Shown here piece after piece: positions 26,435-34,825 of a DNA stretch of 64,000 nt (position 1 is the first letter of the stretch; each line of letters starts with the position of its first letter). The notes below the pieces were generated by a model. It did not search any database, was not told where the DNA came from, and saw only the letters and a program-made list of their open reading frames with translations. The stretch lies in the IMG/VR virus record IMGVR_UViG_3300049460_000128, positions 186,001 to 250,000 of that record. One strand, 5' to 3'. The position numbers were made by a program, and so were the translations under genes.

Positions 26435-27412
26435 TTATTTCGTGTACCACTTGTAGGCACTACCGATGATGGACTCGATATTCGAGAAGAATGGAGTCCA
26501 ATGCAATACGTCATGTGCCTCATCAGCATTGGCGATAAGTTCTGCTGGATCACCAGCACGGATGGGACCAACTTCAAGATCGAACATGCCATAACGCTCA
26601 GTCACGTAGTCGATGATCTGCTGATTACTGATGCCCTGGTTGGTGCCAAGATTCAATACTCGTGCTTGTGGTGTGTCATCGGTCAACGTCAACTCAAAAG
26701 CTTTGATGTGTGCTTGTGCGATATCCCAGACGTGGATATAGTCACGAACGCAAGTACCATCAGCTGTTGGATATTCGTTGCCATTCAACACGAAGGTCGT
26801 GTTGTTGATCTTTGCTTCAAGAACACGGGCAACGATATGAGTTGCACCTGGTTCTTGACCCAAGTCTGATGTTCCTGGCATTGCGCCAGCGGCATTGAAG
26901 TAACGGAAGCAGACACTCGGAATGCCGTAAGCTGACTGATAATCAGCCAGGATTTGTTCGGTCATTGCCTTCGTCTTGCCGTAAGGGCTGATGGGATTGA
27001 CGAGATCGCTCTCAAACGCTGGAACGTTAGCTTCGCCGTACACACTAGCGGATGAGCTGAACAATACGACTGGTGACTTCTCCATGTCTTTCAGAGCATT
27101 CAGCAGTTTGATGGTCTTCAACACATTGTTTTCGTAGTATTCGGCTGGATTCTTCACTGAAGGACCAACCAAGCTGGTACCAGCACAATGAACGATCAGG
27201 TCTGGTTTCATGTCAACGATGCCCTGAAGTGTACCCTCATTGGCGAAGTCGTCCATGATAAACCAGTCAACATCTTTCAACGTGTGACCACGACGCACAC
27301 GGTCAACAACTACCATCTTGCAATCAGGATAATGTTGCTTGAATGCGCGTACGATGTGGCTTCCAATGTAGCCGCAGCCACCTGTTACCACTATTGTTTT
27401 TTTATCTGACAT
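26435..27412 (-). CDS. galE: UDP-glucose 4-epimerase
   Basis: GGCGYIGSH, VGPSV, FSSSASVYG, YGKTK, FRYFNAAG, RDYIHVWD. Confidence 0.92.
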   Translation of the reverse strand: MSDKKTIVVTGGCGYIGSHIVRAFKQHYPDCKMVVVDRVRRGHTLKDVDWFIMDDFANEGTLQGIVDMKPDLIVHCAGTSLVGPSVKNPAEYYENNVLKTIKLLNALKDMEKSPVVLFSSSASVYGEANVPAFESDLVNPISPYGKTKAMTEQILADYQSAYGIPSVCFRYFNAAGAMPGTSDLGQEPGATHIVARVLEAKINNTTFVLNGNEYPTADGTCVRDYIHVWDIAQAHIKAFELTLTDDTPQARVLNLGTNQGISNQQIIDYVTERYGMFDLEVGPIRAGDPAELIANADEAHDVLHWTPFFSNIESIIGSAYKWYTK

Positions 27413-27454
27413 AAATTTCTCGTTTGAATGGGATTGCGGACAACCCCGTACATC

Positions 27455-28630
27455 TTAATACTTCGCAGTACTGGTGTGTTTACGATAATCCGTATCCATA
27501 CGCAACCACTCTTCGCCATTACCCTCAACGATGTCCAGGATACGGTCGATAGTGCCATCATTGTGATCCGAAATCTTGCCGATGTTGCGATGCGGTGCAT
27601 CCAGCAGTTTTTCCAGTTTCAGCAATGCATCTTCCAGACTCCAAGGCACGTACAGGCGCTCGTAGTCATTCGCGAAGGTCTCTGGGAATGAACGATAAGC
27701 TGGGTACAGGACATTCGAACCCAGAGCATCACCTTCGCTCACAGTATTGCTGACCCAATCCTGCAACGCACAGTTGAACAGCACACGAGTGTCATTCAGC
27801 AAGGCGTAGTATTCGTTCTTTTGCAAGCCTTCATGAATGGTCAGAATGCCTTTGGCTTGCAGGTCGCGAGTGCGAGCCATATAGCTGTCGTTGTTGCTCT
27901 TCAGCGCGCCACCTGACATCAGACAAAACTCAACAGGACGATTTGGATGCAAACGCTTCCATTCTTCAGCCAAGTCCATGAAGAAGTCAGGTTGCTTTTC
28001 CTGATCCCAACGCGCAGCAAAGCCAACACGATATGCACGTTCATGGAACGGCTTGATCGAGTCAACACGGCCTACAACTTCTTGTTTGCCAAATGCCAAG
28101 CCCGAGATGTTGTAGATTGGGGCCGTCCAACCAGCAATCTTCATGTGAGCGACCATTTCTTCGTTGGTGGCCAGCACACCGTCAACGAACGAGTCAACCA
28201 TCTTCTCATACAGACCCATCCACTTTTCCATCTTCCACACGTGAACGAAATCATCTGGGTCGATAGTTTGCGCCAAGCAGCGGACGAACACTTTCGGGCG
28301 ATTACTTGCTGGGGTTTGATCCATGATGTATGGCAAGCTTTCGATGCCAGGGGTGTACATGTCTTCAAACAAGATTACGTCGTCGCTGGTAACTTCGCCG
28401 TCTTTCATCATCTTGACCAGACGTGCCATCTGTGTCATTGAGTAGTAGGAACGACCGTGTGCGTCAAGGACTTGCCCAGTAACGATAGCCTTGCTGTTGT
28501 CCAGGTTATCGCCTTCGACAGTCACGAAGTCAACATCGCGACGTTTGAATACTGCTTCATACCATTGCTGCAACTGGTAGGTGTATCGTGCTTGGTAACT
28601 TTCCAAGCCAATATGAAAAAGCTTTCTCAT
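27455..28630 (-). CDS. GT-B fold glycosyltransferase (GT4-like)
   Basis: RWDQEKQP; C-terminal QDWVSNTVSEGDALG resembling the EX7E region; upstream of galE. Confidence 0.78.
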   Translation of the reverse strand: MRKLFHIGLESYQARYTYQLQQWYEAVFKRRDVDFVTVEGDNLDNSKAIVTGQVLDAHGRSYYSMTQMARLVKMMKDGEVTSDDVILFEDMYTPGIESLPYIMDQTPASNRPKVFVRCLAQTIDPDDFVHVWKMEKWMGLYEKMVDSFVDGVLATNEEMVAHMKIAGWTAPIYNISGLAFGKQEVVGRVDSIKPFHERAYRVGFAARWDQEKQPDFFMDLAEEWKRLHPNRPVEFCLMSGGALKSNNDSYMARTRDLQAKGILTIHEGLQKNEYYALLNDTRVLFNCALQDWVSNTVSEGDALGSNVLYPAYRSFPETFANDYERLYVPWSLEDALLKLEKLLDAPHRNIGKISDHNDGTIDRILDIVEGNGEEWLRMDTDYRKHTSTAKY

Positions 28631-28676
28631 CTATTATCCTCTTGGGAATCTGTGTTCCCTGTTTTCTTATCCGGCT

Positions 28677-28705
28677 ATTATACGCCACATCAAGTATTTG
28701 ACCAA
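28677..28705 (-). promoter_or_regulatory. sigma70-like promoter TTGGTC-N17-TATAAT
   Basis: Upstream of the glycosyltransferase-galE genes. Confidence 0.6.
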
Positions 28706-28712
28706 ATACTTC

Positions 28713-29099
28713 CTAGTAGTCTTCTGCCGTTTTCAATACAGGGATCCAGCCAAGATCCCTGAAGTGTTGAAGCACGTTATCTAGAACATCAGTCAACTCA
28801 TCCATGTACATGAATACGTAAGTGCTTGTGATTTTGTGATGTGACCAACGAAGTGTTTCAATGATTTGATGTGCGTATCGGTGGGAGCATGCCCACTTAC
28901 GGCGTGAATCGTAGGTGTCCATTGACAGGGCATCAATGACTTGACTTGCTTCGTCTTGGGTGACATCTCGCTGCTTGAACCACTTATATCGTGCGATCAC
29001 GGTATAAAGTTGTCGTGACGTGTCGTCCTCAATCAGCATCTCCACCAAAGCCGGCGAAGTGCTGATATCGGTTTCTAGATCAACGATCCAATCACTCAT
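28713..29099 (-). CDS. Hypothetical protein
   Basis: 128 aa ORF. Confidence 0.6.
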   Translation of the reverse strand: MSDWIVDLETDISTSPALVEMLIEDDTSRQLYTVIARYKWFKQRDVTQDEASQVIDALSMDTYDSRRKWACSHRYAHQIIETLRWSHHKITSTYVFMYMDELTDVLDNVLQHFRDLGWIPVLKTAEDY

Positions 29100-29460
29100 A
29101 CTTGAAGGTCTGCGTCATACGACCTTCCGTGATGGTGATTTCTTGGACTGGGATGATCAGCAGAGTGGCGAACTCATCCTCGATAGCATCCGTCAATTCT
29201 TCAGATATCATAGCCAACGTTTTGTGATCGGCCGTCAGGGTCTTGTTTTTGTACAGTTCATTCAACCATACCGAAACTTCCGGATGAGTCATAACATCCA
29301 GAACATCAGCATACAGCTTAACCTGGATGTCAATCGAATGACGGAAGACTTGCTTGCTCGTTGGTGCAGCCATCACAACGGTGGGATCACCACTGCCGTC
29401 AATATGCAATACACGAGTCACAACCAGATTACAGCCAAGGATCACTTGAGTTGGTTTCAT
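29092..29460 (-). CDS. Hypothetical protein
   Basis: 122 aa ORF coupled to the queD-like gene. Confidence 0.6.
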   Translation of the reverse strand: MKPTQVILGCNLVVTRVLHIDGSGDPTVVMAAPTSKQVFRHSIDIQVKLYADVLDVMTHPEVSVWLNELYKNKTLTADHKTLAMISEELTDAIEDEFATLLIIPVQEITITEGRMTQTFKYE

Positions 29461-29864
29461 TTCTCACCTTTGAATGACATGATGGCGCCGTTTTCGCCGT
29501 CTTCCGCGACTTCAATCGTGGCGTCACGACCAGGATATTTGGCCTTGATTTCATTCCACAGATCGGTGGCAATCATCTCGCACGATTTGAAGTCAAGTTC
29601 AAGCGTGCCGCCCTTGTACAGGTTTTCCAGCCAGCGTTTGAACTGGATAAACTCGATGTCACGGTCAGCATGGAAAATGTCTAGAGTGACGCGGAAATGG
29701 AAGATGTGACGATGTGGATATCCCAGGAACGAAACATCGTATTCATCGCCAGTAGCCAGACTTGGATCAGTCAATGCTGCGGGATATTTGTGGGTGCCCT
29801 CTTTCTGGAAGGTCACGAAGATCTTGGATGCGACCAAGTCTTCAGATGGAGTAAATGCTGCCAT
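29457..29864 (-). CDS. queD: QueD-like 6-carboxytetrahydropterin synthase (T-fold)
   Basis: HRHIFH metal ligands, SCEMIA, IEVAEDGENGA; 135 aa; folE/queE context. Confidence 0.72.
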   Translation of the reverse strand: MAAFTPSEDLVASKIFVTFQKEGTHKYPAALTDPSLATGDEYDVSFLGYPHRHIFHFRVTLDIFHADRDIEFIQFKRWLENLYKGGTLELDFKSCEMIATDLWNEIKAKYPGRDATIEVAEDGENGAIMSFKGEK

Positions 29865-29867
29865 GTG

Positions 29868-30140
29868 TTATACCTTTGTGATAGCCAAGATGGCCAGTTT
29901 ATTTTTGCTGCGCTCTGCCGCACGTTTGTTTGATGCACGACTGAGTTCGTTGGAACGCTCAAGATTTTTGGCACGCCAGGCAGCTTGATATTCACGTTGA
30001 TATTCACGATACTTTTCGCGATTGCTATCACGCCATTTTTGCAATTTAGCCGCATGCGGGCTAACCAGCCGAAGCTCGCCAATGCGGGGACGACCTGGCT
30101 TAAAGCCCGTATTCCAAGGTTTCTTTTGTGTCTCAGTCAT
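29868..30140 (-). CDS. Small basic helical protein
   Basis: KYREYQREYQAAWRAKN basic coiled segment. Confidence 0.55.
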   Translation of the reverse strand: MTETQKKPWNTGFKPGRPRIGELRLVSPHAAKLQKWRDSNREKYREYQREYQAAWRAKNLERSNELSRASNKRAAERSKNKLAILAITKV

Positions 30141-30613
30141 TATTTGTCTTTGTGTGCGCGGTGAACAAATCTAGGAAAATCCGTTTCACCTAGTGGGTCA
30201 TAGTAGTAGTCATGCAGGTCTTGGTTCAATTGAGCAAACTCATCGGACCATACCTGACAAATGTGCATGGTATGATTTGCCACGCCATTCGTGGGCGCAT
30301 CAACCTGCATGTAGTAGAGGATAGACTGTCCCACTTTACTTTGCAATTTAGACTGCTCCAATTCTGCCAACGCAGGATCCATCTTTGCCCAAGTGGCTGC
30401 ACGCCGATACTCAATCATGCTGTTGATTGCTTCGTGTGTGGCCGGTTTGGTGCGAGCCATCTGTTCGAGGAAGTATTGATTCAAATCGTGATGCATATTA
30501 GCCATTAAAAGGAAGAGGGGAAAGTGAACGCTCAGAACAGAAAGCCAATTTGAATAGAGTAGCATCGTCACTAGTTGTGAACATAAAGTAACTGTTGACA
30601 TTATACCAATCAT
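30140..30613 (-). CDS. Hypothetical protein (start uncertain)
   Basis: ORF overlaps the upstream gene; true start probably downstream. Confidence 0.5.
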   Translation of the reverse strand: MIGIMSTVTLCSQLVTMLLYSNWLSVLSVHFPLFLLMANMHHDLNQYFLEQMARTKPATHEAINSMIEYRRAATWAKMDPALAELEQSKLQSKVGQSILYYMQVDAPTNGVANHTMHICQVWSDEFAQLNQDLHDYYYDPLGETDFPRFVHRAHKDK

Positions 30614-30824
30614 TCACTTCAAAATTGGCAATGCACCATTCCTCTGCTTCGCGGCGCTGTCTGATATCAAGGATTGACATCTCTATAAATCGCCCATAGT
30701 AATGAGTCATCTCATACTTGGATGGAATATGCTGACCTGTTTTGCCATAGTAGCGATCCATGAATTTGCGGACAGGCTCGCCTGCAATCTCACTCAATAC
30801 TTCGTAGTGTTCGTTCAAACTCAT
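30498..30824 (-). CDS. FKLT-family protein (second cluster)
   Basis: FTTSDDATLFKLAF. Confidence 0.7.
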   Translation of the reverse strand: MSLNEHYEVLSEIAGEPVRKFMDRYYGKTGQHIPSKYEMTHYYGRFIEMSILDIRQRREAEEWCIANFEVNDWYNVNSYFMFTTSDDATLFKLAFCSERSLSPLPFNG

Positions 30825-31186
30825 TTGTCAGCCCAGGTTAATTTGTACAAGACAGCATCATCCATATTGACGAACACGTAGCCATACATCGCATTGTTGA
30901 AGTCGTGCTTTTTGTCAAGTAAGGGGATGAACTTGTATGTTTTTACTCCCTTGGATTGTATCCACTCCTTGCACTCTGGTGTCCGCAATTGACGAATAAC
31001 ATCAGCCAACGGCATTAGTACCAGAGTGTGATCTGCATGCCACTTATACGTTTGTGGATCAACGACCACGTAGCCACATTCATCCATTGCCGGATCTGCC
31101 AAGTCATAGTTGTTTCCAAACCAGACATGCGGGTCGCAACCTTGCAGTTTGCATTTTTGATTTATTTCTTGCTGAACTTGTTCCAT
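30821..31186 (-). CDS. FKLT-family protein (second cluster)
   Basis: FVNMDDAVLYKLTW. Confidence 0.72.
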   Translation of the reverse strand: MEQVQQEINQKCKLQGCDPHVWFGNNYDLADPAMDECGYVVVDPQTYKWHADHTLVLMPLADVIRQLRTPECKEWIQSKGVKTYKFIPLLDKKHDFNNAMYGYVFVNMDDAVLYKLTWADK

Positions 31187-31722
31187 AGCATCAAATCGAA
31201 GTCAGCTGGAGTCATATTCACTTTCTTGGCTTCTGCCAAGAAAGCTTGCTCCAATACTGGATATTGTTTCGGGCTGGGCGTGCCGGTTGGTACATCATAG
31301 CCAAGCGTTCCCAGGTACTTTGTGATGTGGCGATCTAACACCGCGATGTTTTGATTTGGGCGACTGTGGATCAAAAAGAACCTTGCTGTTTTGTCACCCA
31401 CACCCGTTATGGCTTTCAGCCCGTCAACATCAACCGTGCGCAAATTCAATGCAACACTTTGAGCAAAGCCTTGTGTCAAACGAGTATATTGCCCCAGTCG
31501 TGCTTCTTTCAAATTCGCCGCCAAGGTATCTTTGCTCATCATAACCCGAATACGATCAAATGGCGAACCTGATGTTTCAATCAACAGGAACTTTTCCAAT
31601 GCCCTAGCTTGCGTCCTTGCGGTCTTACCAGCAACTACCTGACAGAACAGCCAATACAATTCTAACTCGGCATCAGTCCTCGTGTAATTGGTTACGATAG
31701 TTGGATCAACAAGTAAATTCAT
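31162..31722 (-). CDS. HhH-GPD DNA glycosylase-like (Ogg2/8-oxoguanine glycosylase-like)
   Basis: HhH LKAITGVGDKTARFFL with a Lys; AVLDRHI with the conserved Asp. Confidence 0.75.
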   Translation of the reverse strand: MNLLVDPTIVTNYTRTDAELELYWLFCQVVAGKTARTQARALEKFLLIETSGSPFDRIRVMMSKDTLAANLKEARLGQYTRLTQGFAQSVALNLRTVDVDGLKAITGVGDKTARFFLIHSRPNQNIAVLDRHITKYLGTLGYDVPTGTPSPKQYPVLEQAFLAEAKKVNMTPADFDLMLWNKFSKK

Positions 31723-32147
31723 TAACGACGCCCATTGTCAAATGCACGACGTGTGATGTCGTTCATGGTCTTGAGATCATGGATAGACATATTGACTTCA
31801 CCCAGGTAGCCGATGATTGAGCGAATGAAAACCACAATATGTGGCTCATGATCGGGCATTGTTTCGAGTTCCTTGAAGGCGTCTTGGAACGACGGATAAA
31901 CGATTTTAGAGTCTTCCTGCTCCGCAACCTCACGAGCGATGTCAATAAGCTTTTCCATGACGTCCTCGCCATAATACCAGCGCATTGCACCCAACAGATC
32001 AGACATCTCAATCAAAGCCATGATGACGCAGAACTGTTCAAATGCGTCCATGCACTCAAGGTATTCTTCTCGAATCTTGGAGAATTCCCCCAAGACGCCT
32101 TTTTCGATTACACGAATATGGTAACCAGGATTTTCTTCTTTGCTCAT
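31722..32147 (-). CDS. MazG-like all-alpha nucleotide pyrophosphohydrolase
   Basis: KIREEYLECMDA ... LIEMSDLL matches the EExxE...ExxD metal motif. Confidence 0.6.
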   Translation of the reverse strand: MSKEENPGYHIRVIEKGVLGEFSKIREEYLECMDAFEQFCVIMALIEMSDLLGAMRWYYGEDVMEKLIDIAREVAEQEDSKIVYPSFQDAFKELETMPDHEPHIVVFIRSIIGYLGEVNMSIHDLKTMNDITRRAFDNGRR

Positions 32148-32530
32148 ATATCTGAATAGGTTAAACGAAACATTACGGCATCTGCCAGATCATCAAAGCC
32201 AAGCAGGTAACCACCTGAGATTAAAGATCGCGGCGATGCCATTTGAGTTACTGCATAACGACGAGCCGTGATATTACCAACTGTCATAATATCCGATGTT
32301 ACAAGACCAAACCATTTTGTCGCTGGAGTATCTCTACGTAAGGTCAAACGCTTTACGCCACTGTTGAGCAACACAAAGGTTTGGCACTGGTGCTCCAACA
32401 ATTCGTCATACATGCTGGGCTTCATCCAGAATAATACGCCCGGAATATTGATGTCACCATAGGTTGATACGCGCTCGTCAGTCACGATACACTGTATATC
32501 AACACCTGGAAGGGTTACGGTTATTGCCAT
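32144..32530 (-). CDS. FKLT-family protein (second cluster)
   Basis: FDDLADAVMFRLTY. Confidence 0.72.
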   Translation of the reverse strand: MAITVTLPGVDIQCIVTDERVSTYGDINIPGVLFWMKPSMYDELLEHQCQTFVLLNSGVKRLTLRRDTPATKWFGLVTSDIMTVGNITARRYAVTQMASPRSLISGGYLLGFDDLADAVMFRLTYSDI

Positions 32531-32856
32531 GTTAGTTTGAACATCGTTGCTACTGAAAGGTCATTGAACAGAAACAACATGTGGGGCGTATAATCGCCCA
32601 AGTAGATGTTGCCATTGGAGATGATATGAATAGGCACAGACGCATATGGACATGGCATTGGGTCAGACCAAGATTCCACAGTCCAATCCTCATATGCTTC
32701 ACGTGTGATGATGACGCCAATTTCCCAATCGTACAACGTTTTGTCAGTGAAGTGTGAAAACCACTTGCAAGTGGAGAACCCGTCATTTTCCGTCTTACGC
32801 GAACGAGTGGTCCAGATTGGTTCACTAACGCCTGCGGGCTTAAAGATCATGACCAC
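32521..32856 (-). CDS. FKLT-family protein (second cluster)
   Basis: FNDLSVATMFKLTWQ. Confidence 0.72.
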   Translation of the reverse strand: MVMIFKPAGVSEPIWTTRSRKTENDGFSTCKWFSHFTDKTLYDWEIGVIITREAYEDWTVESWSDPMPCPYASVPIHIISNGNIYLGDYTPHMLFLFNDLSVATMFKLTWQ

Positions 32857-33230
32857 CTCAACTTGAAAAGTGCCGCAATGTCTTCACGTTCAAACACAAA
32901 GATACTATGGATATCATTTGAACTACTAGCCAGATTGATAGCATGCACCAGTTCATACTCGCCAGGATCATCAATGCCGAGATTATTGTGTGTGGTGATA
33001 TGTTCCTTCAATTTGGTGGTGGTTTTCGATGAAACCAGCACAGCATAGCCATCCGTCAGGCTGATGGATTTAGTCACAGTGAACCAGTGACTATCGAGTG
33101 CCGCAGCCGAATTGAACGCAGATAGGTCAGCATCGAACCATATCGCACCGTCAAGGCCTTTTAATTGTATTTGCATGATGAATTGGTAGATTAGGTGCCA
33201 TAGTATGGCACGCCAAACTGGTTGCCACAA
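32847..33230 (-). CDS. FKLT-family protein (second cluster; likely start ATG 33176)
   Basis: FEREDIAALFKLRWS. Confidence 0.72.
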   Translation of the reverse strand: MWQPVWRAILWHLIYQFIMQIQLKGLDGAIWFDADLSAFNSAAALDSHWFTVTKSISLTDGYAVLVSSKTTTKLKEHITTHNNLGIDDPGEYELVHAINLASSSNDIHSIFVFEREDIAALFKLRWS

Positions 33231-33241
33231 TAATACCTGAA

Positions 33242-33583
33242 CTATAGCCAGGTAAGCTTGAACATCACGGCATCTTCCAGCGCCCTAAAACCAAACAATG
33301 TTAAGCATTGCACTCTAGAATTTTTGCCAACTACATACCACACTGGCGTTTTAGTGACCGGATAGCCAATTTCTGATAGAAATTCATCCCAAGCGGTAGG
33401 GGTTTTGAACTTTAGGGTGGCAGATGGCACCAGGATGTACTGTGTATTTTGCGAATTTATAAGTGGCAAAAACTTGTTACCATCAATAACGTATTTCGTT
33501 TGATCATCTATAATTCGCAGAAATGACAAATTGTCAGACAGAATGTGAATAGGATGGGGCACGCCCTTGAGATTAACTATCAT
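33242..33583 (-). CDS. FKLT-family protein (second cluster)
   Basis: FRALEDAVMFKLTWL. Confidence 0.74.
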   Translation of the reverse strand: MIVNLKGVPHPIHILSDNLSFLRIIDDQTKYVIDGNKFLPLINSQNTQYILVPSATLKFKTPTAWDEFLSEIGYPVTKTPVWYVVGKNSRVQCLTLFGFRALEDAVMFKLTWL

Positions 33584-33906
33584 GGATAGGTCAACTTGAA
33601 CAAAACGGCTTGAGTTTCATCTTTGAAGCCAAACATCATAACGGCATCAAGCTCTCGCCCATTTTCGACCGGATACACGGGGCCCATGATCACTCGGGAA
33701 AAGTCCGGATTGTTAACTATGTCAAGCGAAATGACACGAGAATGCTGATACGGACGTATCAAACAATGCACACAATCCGCGTAGACATTTTTCATGAATG
33801 GCGAACGATATACATCAGTTGAGTTACGGATACCGTTGAATGATACAGGGCCTATGCCTGGTAGAATTACTTGCATGAATACTCCTTTGTTGTCAGTATA
33901 AAGCAA
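33580..33906 (-). CDS. FKLT-family protein (second cluster)
   Basis: FKDETQAVLFKLTYP. Confidence 0.74.
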   Translation of the reverse strand: MLYTDNKGVFMQVILPGIGPVSFNGIRNSTDVYRSPFMKNVYADCVHCLIRPYQHSRVISLDIVNNPDFSRVIMGPVYPVENGRELDAVMMFGFKDETQAVLFKLTYP

Positions 33907-33953
33907 AAATCCCTTAGAACAAATCTGGAGTAACCAGCTGTTCTAAGGGATTT
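33905..33953 (-). terminator. Terminator-like long hairpin
   Basis: AAATCCCTTAGAACA...TGTTCTAAGGGATTT inverted repeat with a T-run, after the clamp gene. Confidence 0.65.
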
Positions 33954-33986
33954 ACTTGTCACTTGGGCCTCACGACCCAAGCTTCA

Positions 33987-34733
33987 TTAACGACGTCGTG
34001 CTGGAAGGATATAAGCATAGGTTGCATTCTCAGTAGCTACACTGATTTGCATTGCACCTTTGCTCGTCACATTCACGGAGTAGTCATTGCCGTCTGCCAT
34101 TTTCAGAATCGACAGGAACTGTTGGATTGGCCACAGCAGTTCGCCTTTCAGCTCGCCAGTGATCTCAGTAGCGAAGACCATCTGGGCACGGTGGGTTGCT
34201 GAACCTTCATCGCCGATTGCCAGTACAACATTGCTGTCTTTGGTTTTCACCGAGAAGAACTGCTCGCCTTGCGAGTACAGGCCAGCCAGCGCCGCAAACT
34301 CTTGGATCTTGCTCTTGGTTGGAACGAACGAAATGTCCCATTTGATGTCCGCAACCAGCGGTTGCTCAGGTACCAGATTGCCCGACATCAGGCGGAAATT
34401 GGAACCCATACCGTTTTCGTCACGGAATTCAAACTCTTCTGGAACGCTTTTGCCGCCCAGGTCACGACGTTTAACGTTGAAGGTCGCAGCTTCAGTTTGA
34501 TAGCTGGAGAAGTTCAGCAGACCAGTCAGCAGCGGCAGCGAGCTAACACCAAAGTCGCCGATCAGCGACTCTTGAGTTTCTGCCAGTTTGGCCTTGATGA
34601 TAACGGTCTTTTCGCCATCAACTGCTTCGATCTTGGTTTCTTCAGCTGAACCAGTTACTTTGATGGTGTCGATAAAGCCCAGACCACCAATTTTCTTCAT
34701 CACTTCTTTGAGTACAGTTTGCATATTTGTCAT
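33987..34733 (-). CDS. Putative sliding clamp (gp45-like processivity factor)
   Basis: 248 aa, alternating beta/alpha pattern, C-terminal YAYILPA, directly downstream of the polymerase; assignment by size, context and recall. Confidence 0.65.
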   Translation of the reverse strand: MTNMQTVLKEVMKKIGGLGFIDTIKVTGSAEETKIEAVDGEKTVIIKAKLAETQESLIGDFGVSSLPLLTGLLNFSSYQTEAATFNVKRRDLGGKSVPEEFEFRDENGMGSNFRLMSGNLVPEQPLVADIKWDISFVPTKSKIQEFAALAGLYSQGEQFFSVKTKDSNVVLAIGDEGSATHRAQMVFATEITGELKGELLWPIQQFLSILKMADGNDYSVNVTSKGAMQISVATENATYAYILPARRR

Positions 34734-34825
34734 ACCTTTGTTGTTATTGTTTTCTTGTTGTGCCAGGTGCAGCTCAAGTGTTTGTATTCTACATGAGCTG
34801 CCCTTGATAGCAAATTAAATCTGGC

